A program made the translations under genes and the position numbers. Under the pieces are notes generated by a model. The model made no database searches, was not told where the DNA came from, and saw only the letters and a list, made by a program, of their open reading frames with translations. A stretch of 64,000 bases of DNA, taken from assembly GCA_030265395.1 (NCBI GenBank), contig JARFYF010000058.1, forward strand, positions 16,879,965-16,943,964. The letters run 5' to 3'. Positions 34,305 through 46,870 of the stretch are shown here, in pieces. This DNA is from Rhina ancylostomus (Eukaryota). Numbering within the stretch: position 1 is the first letter of the stretch; each line of letters opens with the position of its first letter.

Positions 34305-37300
34305 NNNNNNNNNNNNNNNNNNNNNNNNNNNNNNNNNNNNNNNNNNNNNNNNNNNNNNNNNNNNNNNNNNNNNNNNNNNNNNNNNNNNNNNNNNNNNNNN
34401 NNNNNNNNNNNNNNNNNNNNNNNNNNNNNNNNNNNNNNNNNNNTATAGAACCCTGGTGAGACCAAACTGGAAAATGCCTGGTCTCACCGAGAATATTCAA
34501 GACAAAGATCAATAGATCTTTGGATAATCTATGGATATGTGATTACTCCAGTAAAGTGTGACTGAAATAAATGATCAGCTTGTTCATCAACCTAACTGTG
34601 CAAAACAAAAAGGTTTGGATTTAAAATATTTTTGTTACCTTACAAATGAGAAATAACTTCCCTTTATTCAAGTTTTCTTGGAAATTTTGGAGGTCATTTA
34701 AGAACTTCTGATTAGACATTATAAAGGATCTTTCACACTTAGCGGCAGAATCATGCACATTGCAGAGCTGTGAAAGGACTTGAGCAGTAATCTCGTGTGC
34801 TGATGGTTTATTTTTAAAATATGTATTCCCCCTTGCAGCAAGGAACACAGCAGGGTATGTAGATACTATATTGCACTGCAGAAAAAAAATCATGGAATAC
34901 ATTATATTTTTGGAACAAACAGAATACAGTTCTACAGCAGGGGTCTGTTAACAATCTTTCATGAAATGGGTAGGGTGAAGTACTATATTAAAACATTAAC
35001 ACTGGTCCAGTAAAATAATGCAAGATGTCTTCCTGTAAGACATTTTCCGTGGCAGTCTATGTCCTGTTGCAAGATGTGGGCATAATGAATGCACAGCTAC
35101 CAGCAGTAATGACTTGACAATATAGCGGCGTTTTCAGTGCTTTTTTCAGTGATGTTTGTTACTCTTTCAAGTAATTGTTTCATTGAAAAAACTGACAAAT
35201 ACAAATAATAATGAAATCCCAAATATGGATTTTGATAATAAATCACACTTTAAGGAATCTATCGGACTATCCATTGATTGAAAAGAGCTTATCATGCATG
35301 ATGTATTTAATTTCAAGTCCTTTAACCTCAAAACTTCCTTGCATGTAAATGATCTGCTTTCTTTTGTTATCTAATCCTAGGAGTACTGAAGAAATTTTAT
35401 AATGCAGCACAACGTTCCCATGTGCTGTACAACTGAATCTTGATTAAAAACCCTTTGCTCATGCAAAATTGATACATGTGCTTTGCATGTATAACCTGTG
35501 CACAGAGAGGCCACCAGGCATGCACAGTGACATCAGAATGCAGTCTGCACTTTGCCATCATGTTCAAAACTGTTTATGGCTATGAGGCCTGTACACAGTG
35601 TAAGCCCACACTACGTTTCAGGCTTTAACTGAAATTTGAGGTCCGCATTGGTATTAAAATGAGCCCAATCCTACATGGCCAACCGTCAGAGAGTCTAGGT
35701 ATGTTCTCCTTTAAGTGGTTTACATAGCTTTCATTCATACTCAGCCCTATCCCTTTTGCCGCTAATATCTTCAGGATTCAGATCGCCTGACTAACCAATC
35801 TCACCCCAACCACCTCTCCAACCTGACGTTAGCCCGATATTCTATCCAACTAACTCCATGCTTTCTTTAGTCCATTGATCATTTCACACATCTGCTATCC
35901 AATACCCAATTGACTTTATCAGCTAGTTCTGTAATGGGCACAGCAGTGGCTTGAGACTATTGATTGCCAGGTTGGCTCTATTCCTCACAATGCCTCTAAT
36001 GTGATAGAAATTTGAGCTACTGAGCTTTGCCTAAAATAACCATGTGACCGAGCTTTAGTGCACATCTTCCAGCGCCAGATTTTCTTCTGCTTGCTGATCA
36101 CTTTTTCTTCAAGTGATTAAACAGGACCAAATTCATAAAATTGAGAGCACACTTTTTGCTTTATGCACAAAGTGTTGGTGAACACTGTGGAAAAGGTGCA
36201 ATGCCAGCAAAAGAATCAAATTATGTAAAATAATATTACTACTAATGTAAATTGCTTCTTCCAAAATGGAGAACATCTATCAAATGAAAAGCAAAAAAAG
36301 TTGCAGATGCTGAAAAAAAATCCAGAAAATGCAGGAAACGTTCAACTTATCATGAAATGTCATTGGCCTGAAATGGAAACTTTGTTTCTCTCTCCACAGA
36401 TGCTACCTATCCTCCTGAATATTTGCAAACTTTTCTGTTTTTATACCAGTACAACTGCCTGTATGCATAAGCAATTTATCATTCTGAATATTTAATGAAT
36501 TAGAAAACAGGCATGTAACAACACACTTCATAGAAAATAGAACAAGAATAAACAAGATTCCCTACTACTTTCTAAAGATTTATTGCTACAATATCCTGAA
36601 TTTCCAAAAGTCAAATTTTATTGTAACAGAAATGTAAACTCAGCTGTGTAACTAGTTTGGATATCTGGTCTGGCATGATGGTCAAATTGCTTCCTATGTA
36701 AAACTCTGAAATTCTGAATATAGGTATTAACATAATATTCTGGAAATCAGTAAACTATACTATCTCAACATAGTATAGGATGTGGCATAAACAGCATGTT
36801 GTGCTATTATACAAACAAAATATCATTAATAAATTAGTGAAAATTATTTTGAACTCTTACACCATATACTTGAAATAACATTTTAATATAGTAGATAAAA
36901 ATTCCATCCCTATTACATACATTTAAAATACTTTCACTTAAAAATCTTTCAAATCAAGAGGAAAATAATTATAACTGCATGATTAATTTTCAGCCAAAGT
37001 AGTCAAGTTATGACTGCACATACCAAGAGATGTCAGAATCTCTTACTGGAAACTGGGATGTCATCACTTCAATATTTGAAAACATTGATAAAAAATGCTT
37101 TACATCTATTTATCTTAAGGAAGGTTCTATAAGCCTTAATAATTGCCCAGAGTTTCAAAGTATACTTCAACTACAGACACAATACATAATCCTTTTACAA
37201 GATGTAAAAGGTTAGAAACATTAAAAACTAAGATAGTCTTTTTAGAAAATTCTGCCATCTGGTTAGAAAAAGGATGATCCATTTCTACTTCCAGCCTGCT

Positions 37301-39539
37301 CAATCCTTAAAAACCTTCCCTCACAAAAACTAATCAGTCACAATTGTGAAATTTCCAACCGATTTAGCCTCAACTTGCTATTTGTGGAATGCTCTAGATT
37401 TCCTCTACCCTTTGACAAAGGAAATACTTTCTGATATCATCGTAACAGCATAGCCGTAATTTTAAGGTTCTTCCCTTTTATTCAGGACTTCCATAACAGA
37501 GAGGAAAAAATAAGTTTGATATCAACCCAACAACTCCATTGATTGCCTTAAACTCTTAACTGGATCATTTGTTAATATTCTCTATCCCACACAAGGCAAG
37601 CCTATACAATCTGTCCTTTATAATTTAAACCTTTTAGTTTAGAATTATAAGAGACAACATATCTTTCCTGAGATGCTATCTCTAGAATGGAATGCAGTGT
37701 CGCATATGAGTTCCAAACAAAGTTTTACATTTGCTCTAACGTAAACCCCACACCTCAAGATAAAAACTAACATTCCAACAGCTTTTTAGTTATTTTTAAT
37801 AACTATCCCCAAATATGTGGAAACATTGTTTAATGTTATTTTTGAAATCTAATACATTTCCTCTATTCTTAAGTAAGGACAATTCTCCCAATGCCCAATT
37901 ATATATTCTTTTTGCTTCTGGATAACATGGGGCATCCACCCACTCATGAATATCGCTAATTTATATTATTTAACCTATCAAGATCTAGAAAATGGTAGCA
38001 GGGATTTATTTTCCGTTTTTCCCCCACTGGCAAGACCAGCATTGACTGTCCATCCCAAATTATCCCACAAGAAAATGGCAGAGCTGCCTCTTGAACTTCT
38101 TTGTTAATTAAGATTGGGTCTCAAGGGAAAAAAGACTGGACCTAAGTCAAGGCTGAGATTCCACTCTTTGCATGAAATTTGGTAAATAGAAAAATGCATA
38201 TTGCTATAACCTGTATTATTTTACACCTATTTTTGCTCTACTTTGTGGTTCAACAGACTATAAAATAGAAATGAAGTACGAACATGAAAACAGCCAATCA
38301 AACTTAATTTCACAAATTATTCAAAGTGTTCGATACTAAAGCAGATTTTTATAAACAACTTGATTTGCCATGTTGTTGCTTATAGCAAGTTGAAGCATGA
38401 ACTCTTTAATGTGAAGAAGGATTAGGAAGATGTGGTTGGGGTGGGGTGGTGGTGGTGCAAAGGCAGAGGAATGCATGGGACATGTGGATGGCATGGGACA
38501 GCTGAACAGTCTAATGGCAGAAGGACCATGTTAATGCCTCTTAGCACATGCTTTCTTATTTTTCTTTAGAATAGAAATGATGAAGGCAAGCGGCAAGAGG
38601 CAACGAGAAGAGAGCTTTCACTGTGCTGAGGCTGACACCAAAAGAATAATCTTGAGAAGAGAAATTAAGATTTTGTGACAGAAGTGCAGTTAAACATTAA
38701 AAATTTAAAGTACATTATCAATGATCACCATAATCACTTTCATGTTTCACTAGGAGAGTTTTTAATGTTGCCCCTCATTCTGTGACCCTCACCACCTCTT
38801 GTCCCATTACCTGTCAATCCGAACCACACCATTTCTATTATACAACCACCTTTTCACCCTTCTCATGCTAGTCCTTCCTTAAATTTTTTCAGTTTTCTTC
38901 TAAACACCCTTCTCAGTTACTCATTTTTATCCCCTCTCCAACTTCACCTTCAGTATCCTGATCAAACAACAGGCTTAGTTTTGGAGTGACATGGAGAGGA
39001 ATGGTCCCAATATCTAAAGCAGAGCCTAGGTGGATTCATGGCAAGAGGATGAAGCACAATTCCTTCAGATGCAGAGTTGGGAAGAACGGAAGGATGGGAG
39101 AAATGGAAAAGGGAAGTTTCTTTCAGAAGGTGCAGGAGAGACTGAAGGCCTCAGGNNNNNNNNNNNNNNNNNNNNNNNNNNNNNNNNNNNNNNNNNNNNN
39201 NNNNNNNNNNNNNNNNNNNNNNNNNNNNNNNNNNNNNNNNNNNNNNNNNNNNNNNGCCTCATGGTAGGAGGGCCATATTTACATAAAGTACTTAAGACTC
39301 CATTGGCAGAAGGCAGAAAAGAATGAGTGTGAACAAGAAATGCAAGGTCAAAGGATGGGAGAAAATAGCAATTTTGGAGCAATCTAAGGGGAAATCAACA
39401 AATTAATCACTGCAGGTAAATGTTTAAGCAGTTATAGTACTGATTGTAAGAGGGCATCATTGTACAGTGCGAGGTGGGGAGATTATGTTGGCAGAGGACC
39501 TTTGTCTTACAAGTGATGGCACCATTCATTCGTATACTT

Positions 39540-40870
39540 CAGTTAAAAAATTGCTGATGGCTTGGAGCTTGGCCTCCACATGCTCAAATGTAAGTGTCAT
39601 CTGCATAGTACAACTTGGCTATTGATGTTGGGTGACTTTGGTTCTGGAGTGTAGTTGCAATAAGCTGAATAGAGCCTCACTGGTTCTGAAGATTTTGCTG
39701 GAAGCGAGATGCAGCAAAGCAGCAAGAAAGACTGAAAAGAATTTGGGCAATGATGTGGTTTTCTTTGATACCAGTCTTCACTGAAATTGGCTGTGCTGCA
39801 GACTATTAGTTAAGGTCATGGCTTGCATGCCATCATGAAGCAAACTTAAGATGAAGGCAAAATTGAGAAGACAGTACCCTTGTACCTCACTGTTGAGTTA
39901 AAGGCTTTCGAGAGACTAAAGAAAACATGTATAGTGGTGGAGCTGCTCCTATCATTTATCATGCAATTTTGCAGTGAAGATCATTGTCAATGTGCCTCTG
40001 GACGGATGAAACCCACACTCTGATTTGGAATAACATCTGCTCAATCACTGGGAGGAGGCAGCTGAGGGCGGCCCTGGCAATGACTTTCCTTGTTGCAGAA
40101 AGCAGAGACTCCTCACTGTCAGACTTGTCTTCTTTTCTGAAGATAATCAAAACTGCAGCATCTGTGAGTTCCTCTGGTATAACTTCTTCTTACCAGATGT
40201 GAACAAAGAGATTGTGGATTTAGTGACTAGAGTTCTATGCTACAGAGTTTTAGAACTTCAGTAGGGATACAGTCTGCTCCCAAGACTGTTGTTTTTATTA
40301 AATTCTAATTGACCTTTTTGACTTCTAGTTGATTAGGACTGGCAGCAAGGCTGAACTGAATAGACTGCTGTGGAATAGAGTTAAGGGCATTCATGTCAAA
40401 AACAGAATCATGCTTGAGGAGATCTTTAAAGTGTTTCTTCCAGCAGACATTGACTGCCTCTGACCTTGACGTTCACCTCTTTTCTTACCTCTCACTGGGG
40501 AGGGGCCTTCAGTTTTTTGGCTGTGAATGGTCTTGACAGTGCTGAAGAACCCATGCATATCGTAGCTGTCAGTGAATTGCTAAGGGTCCTGTGCTCTTTC
40601 CACCCACCTTCTATTGTTTAGTCACAGGTTTACTGCTGGACCTCACCCTTCTGTGTCTGTAGTTGTTTCCTTTCCCTTGAGGAATAATGGAGCTTCCAAT
40701 CCAGGACTACCTTCCCTTCGTAGTTAATTTGCTCATTGATCTCCTTGTCATTCTCATCAAACCAGACCAGTTTCATCTGGATCTATCAAGTGTTCAGGTT
40801 TTTTGTCTTTGTTGACTTCTCAGTGCTAACCGTGGAATCAACCAGGCCACAAGCAAGGACTGATTCAAAC
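39540..40870 (-). mobile_element. RTE-clade LINE RT fragment, frameshifted
   Basis: IIFRKEDKSD...SLLSATRKVIAR...LLP followed by SECGFHPSRGTLTMIFTA, similar to RTE IFKKGD.SDC...ISLLS..GK..AR...ESQCGFR..RGT.DMIFT. Confidence 0.78.
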
Positions 40871-43800
40871 ATTCAAGCAAATACAGCTGTTTTCATTTAG
40901 ATATCATCTGCCAAAGCAATACTAGCAAGAATAGATCTTCCAAAACTCCAAGCACATGAAGAATAAGAAATGACAGACACAACATAAGTAATACAAGCAG
41001 AAGGCCCACACGGCATTTGTTTGATAGGAATAAGCTNNNNNNNNNNNNNNNNNNNNNNNNNNNNNNNNNNNNNNNNNNNNNNNNNNNNNNNNNNNNNNNN
41101 NNNNNNNNNNNNNNNNNNNNNNNNNNNNNNNNNNNNNNNNNNNNNNNNNNNNNNNNNNNNNNNNNNNNNNNNNNNNNNNNNNNNNNNNNNNNNNNNNNNN
41201 NNNNNNNNNNNNNNNNNNNNNNNNNNNNNNNNNNNNNNNNNNNNNNNNNNNNNNNNNNNNNNNNNNNNNNNNNNNNNNNNNNNNNNNNNNNNTTTAATCT
41301 CAACCCTAACCCAAGTTACAACAATACTTAATGGAATTTCTGAATACTTCACACCTGCTGCTAACAACATTGCATGTCATTTCCTTTTGCTCCCTTACAA
41401 ATTGACAAAAAATGTTTTCACTAAAGACTGCTTCTTGAGAGGTTCCAAAATAATCTCATAAAAGGGTTTGTTTTCTTGTGAACACATATAAGGTCTGCAT
41501 TATCACTACTCATAAACAAAGACTAACAAGACTCAATCATGTATCATAAAATAATAATAGACAATTTTGGAAAAGTTCAGCAAGGCAAGCAGCATCTGTG
41601 GGGCGAAAACTGGAGCTGATAGATCAGATCTTGCAGGTTTTCCCCGGCCGGAATCACCACCCACAATCTCCCCATGACTATACTTTTCACGTCCACAAGC
41701 AGAGCTTTCTGGCTCAAGGCATCTGAACAACAGGAACACAATCTACGTAACAGCCAGACCTCCAGTAATGCACTGGCAAAGCTCTGCCTCAAAAACAAAA
41801 TATTTTTGACAGTCAGCAAAAATCAACCCATTGACGTTTGAAACCTACTAATATTGAAGTAAATGATAATACAACATAAAGATTAATTTAAACAAATGCT
41901 AATTATAAATGCTTAACACATCAAAAAATTAAAACCATTAAACTAATTTGAAAAGGGAAACCTTCTCCAACCTTTGCTTTATATTGTGCAGCTCTATAAC
42001 CTCAAGTGAAATGAATGTAGTCTCAGATTTTGGTTTGTCTAACTTGGCACAGGATCTAAGGGGCGACTCACCAGCGTAAATACTGGGGAATCTCAGCATG
42101 TCTGGGCCCAGTCTAGTTACAGAGCAATCCAAATCTGTCAGAAAATCTGGGACTCAACAGCACATGACCAGGTGTCCTGGACTTCACTTAAATTGGTAAA
42201 TGCCAGTAGTTTTGAAAATTAAATATTAGATTTACTTCTGCTGAAAACAACTGTCTTATTTCAGATTTCTACTACCTAAAGTGTTTTAGGTTTGTACAAT
42301 GGCCTGGATTTTGTTGAGTGGTGTCCACCTCTCAGTGTTGCTGCTGGACTACATCGATTATCACACATTCATTTTGTCTGCGCATAGAAAGGTAATGTTT
42401 CTGGCTAAGACTATCCTGGAGCTGAGGCTCAGCATAGTGCCAAGGCCTCACGTGTCTTAACTAAGACACATTCTGAGCTGAAAGGCTTTAGTGAGGATAA
42501 ATACTAGCAATTATGCATAAAACCTCTGGCAAAACATGGCAAACTCCAGACCAATAGGTCAGCAAGTTTAACATTTGGCAGTTTTGCTACGCCTACCACA
42601 AGAAATTTCAGTTGTGATTAGATTTTCATGAATTATGGAAAGTTTCACACATTTTTCTGGAGGTGGGGGAAAGGTGGAGGAGTGGGGTTGGTGAATGGGT
42701 CTTCAATTAACAAAATCCATTTTGTCATTTATCTGTAATCAACTGCCAAATTATATCAGAAGAAAAAAAACTTACAACTCTTGCAGAGGGTCTGCAAAAG
42801 CAAGGAAATAAAACTAAGAAACTGTAAAATTCTTAAATGGCTCAAGTCACGAGAAATCATTCAATGCAAATATCATTACAAATATTTTTCAACATGCTCA
42901 TGTTCAACGTTATGATCTGCATTCCAGCAAAAAAAAAACTGAGCTGCAGTCTATCTTCATCTTATGAAACCTAATCCTCCCATGGCTCAAGTAATACATC
43001 AGCTTTAATTTTCATGTCTGATTACTATTTCTTACCCAGCCAATATTCACTAAAATTGTTCCGAATTCAGACTTAATGTCAGAGGAAACTATCACCTTGC
43101 TGTTTCAGATGGTATATTACTGTAGCTGCTAAATAATAGTACCTTCCAGTAATCTTGACTTCAGAAAATTAATCACAGAAACAAACATTGCTACTCCATA
43201 TAGTTACTGATCACACCCTGAATGATCAAAGTATATTAATAACGGAAGTACTGAAACAGTCTTTGACCAAGGTAAGCTGCACAAGGTAATTCTGCACTCC
43301 CTTAAGCGGTTAGGCAGTAACAAATAGTCTGCATCTTGCAATATTGAGCTGTGGTTTTAATTCAATTCTTTGATAAACAATAACTATAGAGCCACACAGT
43401 GGTTTCAAACACTAAATCAAAATGCATGCGGTTATTTATAATCAGGTAGCCCTGCGAGAACAGCTGAACATTCACAAAGAACTTGATCTAGTGACAACCA
43501 TGATAACATGCCATGCCACTGTTGGCACTAACAAAATTCAATAATTTATAAAGGGGATTAACACTGTGTATTCAAACAGCAGCCATGGCCTGACTTCATG
43601 GATCCAGCAAGCTGCCTTTAGAGATAATGCAAAACAAGTATTGGATTAATTGACTTTCTAAGGAGCACAATATGGCTGTTGGCACATTGCAAAGTAAAAC
43701 AAACAAGGTGGTAACCACAGGCTGCAGCTTTCTACTCAAGGTGCTGCCATACAGATTTAATATGAGAATGTCAAGACTAGTAAATAAGAGGCTAGTTTCC

Positions 43801-44043
43801 AATCCAGACTTTTGTAATGATTCAATGCACAAATTTAACAGAGAGGGCAAAAGCACAAGCAAAACAGTAGATTTAAACTAGTGTATTGTGCTTGTTGTGC
43901 ATCTTTGAACAGCTAACAAAACAGAGCTGCACTGTTGAAAAGTGAAGGATTACTGCTATGAATAGACGTAATTGTGATAGCAGGATTATTACCATACCAG
44001 AGATTATCTACCTTATACAATTGTAATCTCTTGAAAAGCTACA

Positions 44044-44365
44044 CTAAATATAGATTGTATTCAACAGCAGCTGTTGATGGAGATGGGTTATCTGTACAAA
44101 AATAGAGCTTACATCAGCAGACGATGGCAACGTAGGCTTGACTCATTTCACAATTCAATAAACATTACAGTCAAATCTTATCAGGATTACCATTCATGAA
44201 CACAAACAGCCTGGACTCGAATGGTAGCTCTCCCTAAGTTTGTGATCTGTCTCTTCCATAGTAACCATGTTGGTGTTTTGACGTCAAGGGGCCAACAATG
44301 AGACAGGTGACCCTTTCAGTTCAATAATTTATCACAAAATAAAGTATATTAATCCAACACAGCTG
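44044..44365. promoter_or_regulatory. Candidate intronic enhancer or alternative promoter (MEF2, E-box, AP-1, X-box-like and CRE cluster)
   Basis: CTAAATATAG 44044-44053; CAGCTG 44068-44073 and 44360-44365; TGACTCA 44139-44145; CCATAGTAAC 44256-44265; TGACGTCA 44279-44286. Confidence 0.4.
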
Positions 44366-44521
44366 CTGCTTATGTCTTGGTGTAGGTGACTCCCACACAC
44401 TGCTTCTGCCGCTTGGATTTAACTAAATGCATTTGGTTGAATTAAGCTAATTGAACCAAATTATTTTATTGCAGCAAAGATAACACAATATTCAGCATTT
44501 TTGCTACTATAAATCAAACAG

Positions 44522-44526
<5 letters not shown>

Positions 44527-44552
<26 letters not shown>
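44527..44552. repeat. (TA)n microsatellite
   Basis: Direct reading. Confidence 0.95.
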
Positions 44553-44553
<1 letters not shown>

Positions 44554-45294
44554 GCACATCACTAAATTATGTTCAGAATCATAACCTAAAATTTCATTCT
44601 TATGTTTTACGGATACTAAAGTGGCAGTGCATTACACACCAATGCCATTTTAAAAGTATCATATAAATTATTTTATTGCATGGTTCCCAGAATAGCTTAG
44701 TTGGGTTTCCCTGTGTGAACGTGTACTGTGTCAGTTTCAGGGCATCCTATTGTTTCTGTATACTGCATGATCGCACAGTTGCTGCTACTTAGCCTTGCAA
44801 ATAGAATCTAAGAAGCTGACCATCAGAGGGGCACATGAACAATATAAGCAACACTCCTCCAATTACTAGAGGCTGCTGCTGGTTGAAGTATGGTGCTGCA
44901 ATGATGGGAGAGAAGACGGGGTGCATTCCCAAAGTCTGAGATAGGAACCTAGACAGGATAGTGGAGAACCACCAAGGTAACAATCAGGTACTCCTGGAAG
45001 GAGATTGCCTGGGAGGCCTCTGTAAGCAGTAATAGCATACGACAAAAGCTGATGAATGCCTGTACTTTGAGGAAGTCTGCAACACAAGCATGTGTCTGTG
45101 CCTGCTCCCATGGCTCCTTGAATAGAGTGTTTGGGTGAGCTCCCTGATCCAACAGTGAGCAGCAAACTGCAAAATGTGTCATAGAACAGCAATGGTGGCT
45201 TGTAATGATCTTGAACCTAGGAAGCTGGGAGCAACCACGACTTTTGAGTTCCACAGGCACACAGTCCAGACATATGCGAGCCTTGATTTAAGAC

Positions 45295-45725
45295 TGCAGG
45301 AACACAAGGACAGGCAGCAATAGGCCATCCAGCCCTTCAAGTTTGCTCCACCGTTCATCAAGATCATTATTGCCCCTCTACCTCAGCATTCTCCTGCACT
45401 CATCTCTAAAGAATAAAGGCCAATTCTACTCACTCACTCTCTCCTCATATGGCAAACCCACCATTCCTGAAACCAGTCNNNNNNNNNNNNNNNNNNNNNN
45501 NNNNNNNNNNNNNNNNNNNNNNNNNNNNNNNNNNNNNNNNNNNNNNNNNNNNNNNNNNNNNNNNNNNNNNNNNNNNNNCAAACCCACCATTCCTGAAACC
45601 AGTCCAGTGAATCTTTGCTGCACTCCCTTTTTGGCAAGAACATCTTTCCTTAGACAAGGAGACCAGAACTGTACATAATATTCCAGGTATGATCTCAAAA
45701 GGTCCCTAAACAATTGCAGTAAGTC
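45295..45725 (-). mobile_element. CR1 LINE 3' end
   Basis: LLRSYLEYYVQFWSPCLRKDVLAKKGVQQRFTGLVSGMVGLPYEER, plus tail gaacggtggagcaaacttgaagggctggatggcct. Confidence 0.9.
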
Positions 45726-46569
45726 ACAGATCTTAGCAGGGACCTTCTTGCTGAAGCCTAACCTACAAAGACATTAATCCTCAGAGAAGTTGAGTAATGA
45801 GTTGACTACTTTAAATGTCTCCATCTGGCACATATGGTTGCCTATAATATCTTCAGGACCATAAAGCAGGACAAGTGTTAGATCTAAGGAAATTCCCATT
45901 GAAAGTCAATTTTCAGTATAAAAAAGATAGCTGAAGATGGACGAAAGTCTGTCTTGAGTATTATACAGTAAGCTGCAATGTTGCAGAAAGCTGTGCAAGA
46001 TCCTGGCAATATCTGGTCCTTTAAATAGTGTGAGCATGTTTGGTCTGTGTAAAGAAGAATTGCTACTTTTTAAGTCCAGTGAAGTTGAACAATATACCAG
46101 AGAAGAAAATTGGGTGTTGCACTACTGCTAATGCATTTGGTGGTGTTTCTAGTGCTCATGAAGATCACACCAGAAAGACGGGGATCACATTTTCCACTAA
46201 GCACAATTTTGCTCTACTCCAGATTAAAACTATTTCTAACTATACAGTATTTTGTTGAACTCTCAGAGAATGAATTTCTATGCAAAAGTTTTTCATGGAA
46301 TTTTATTATTGCCTGAAACAAAAGTTTTAACACCACATTCGAGATGAGATGGAATTCAAGTTGAAGCTTTGGGGTATATTTTAAGCTCCTTAAATTATTC
46401 TCTTTACACTAGGTAAAGACTTATTGTAGCCGACACTATCTTCTAAGTTTCATTATCATCTTTTTTACACAGTGAACATTGTTGTTTGAGGCAAGGATTT
46501 GACTGCTGCCTAATAACCCAACCAACTCCACAGAAGACAATCCATCTGGCAGAAAAACAAAAGCTTGAC

Positions 46570-46870
46570 AACACATTCCAACAGGCTCAAGGACAGCTTC
46601 TATCCCGCTGTTACAAGATTCTTGAATGGATCTCTTATATGATAAAGGTGAGCTCCTGATCTCTCAATCTACCTTGTCGTGGCCATTGCACCTGATCTGA
46701 CTACCTGCACTGCATTATCTCTGTAACTGTGACATTATATTGTGCATTCTATTATTGCTTTTCCTTTTGTACTGCTTCAATGTACAAAATGAAATGTTTG
46801 GATGGCATGCAAAACAAAGCTTTTCACTGTATCGCGGTACATGTACAATAATAAACCAATTACCAATTAG
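46570..46870 (+). mobile_element. Rex1/Babar-like LINE 3' end
   Basis: NRLKDSFYPAVTRFLNG C-terminal relic, then a 3' UTR ending aataataaaccaattaccaatt. Related tails lie on the minus strand near 15838-15905 and 17020-17072. Confidence 0.65.

Noticed and set aside
45453-45604. Identical 26-nt sequence on both sides of an N gap (similar short duplications at 12476/12531, 13400/13509, 39148/39256)
   Set aside because: Most likely contig overlap at scaffold gaps rather than true repeats or TSDs.
46440-46560. Acceptor followed by DGLSSVEW..., resembling the missing upstream HDAC exon (DGLSGR/DGMSGR)
   Set aside because: Similarity stops after four residues and there is no good donor; the true exon probably lies outside the window or in a gap.
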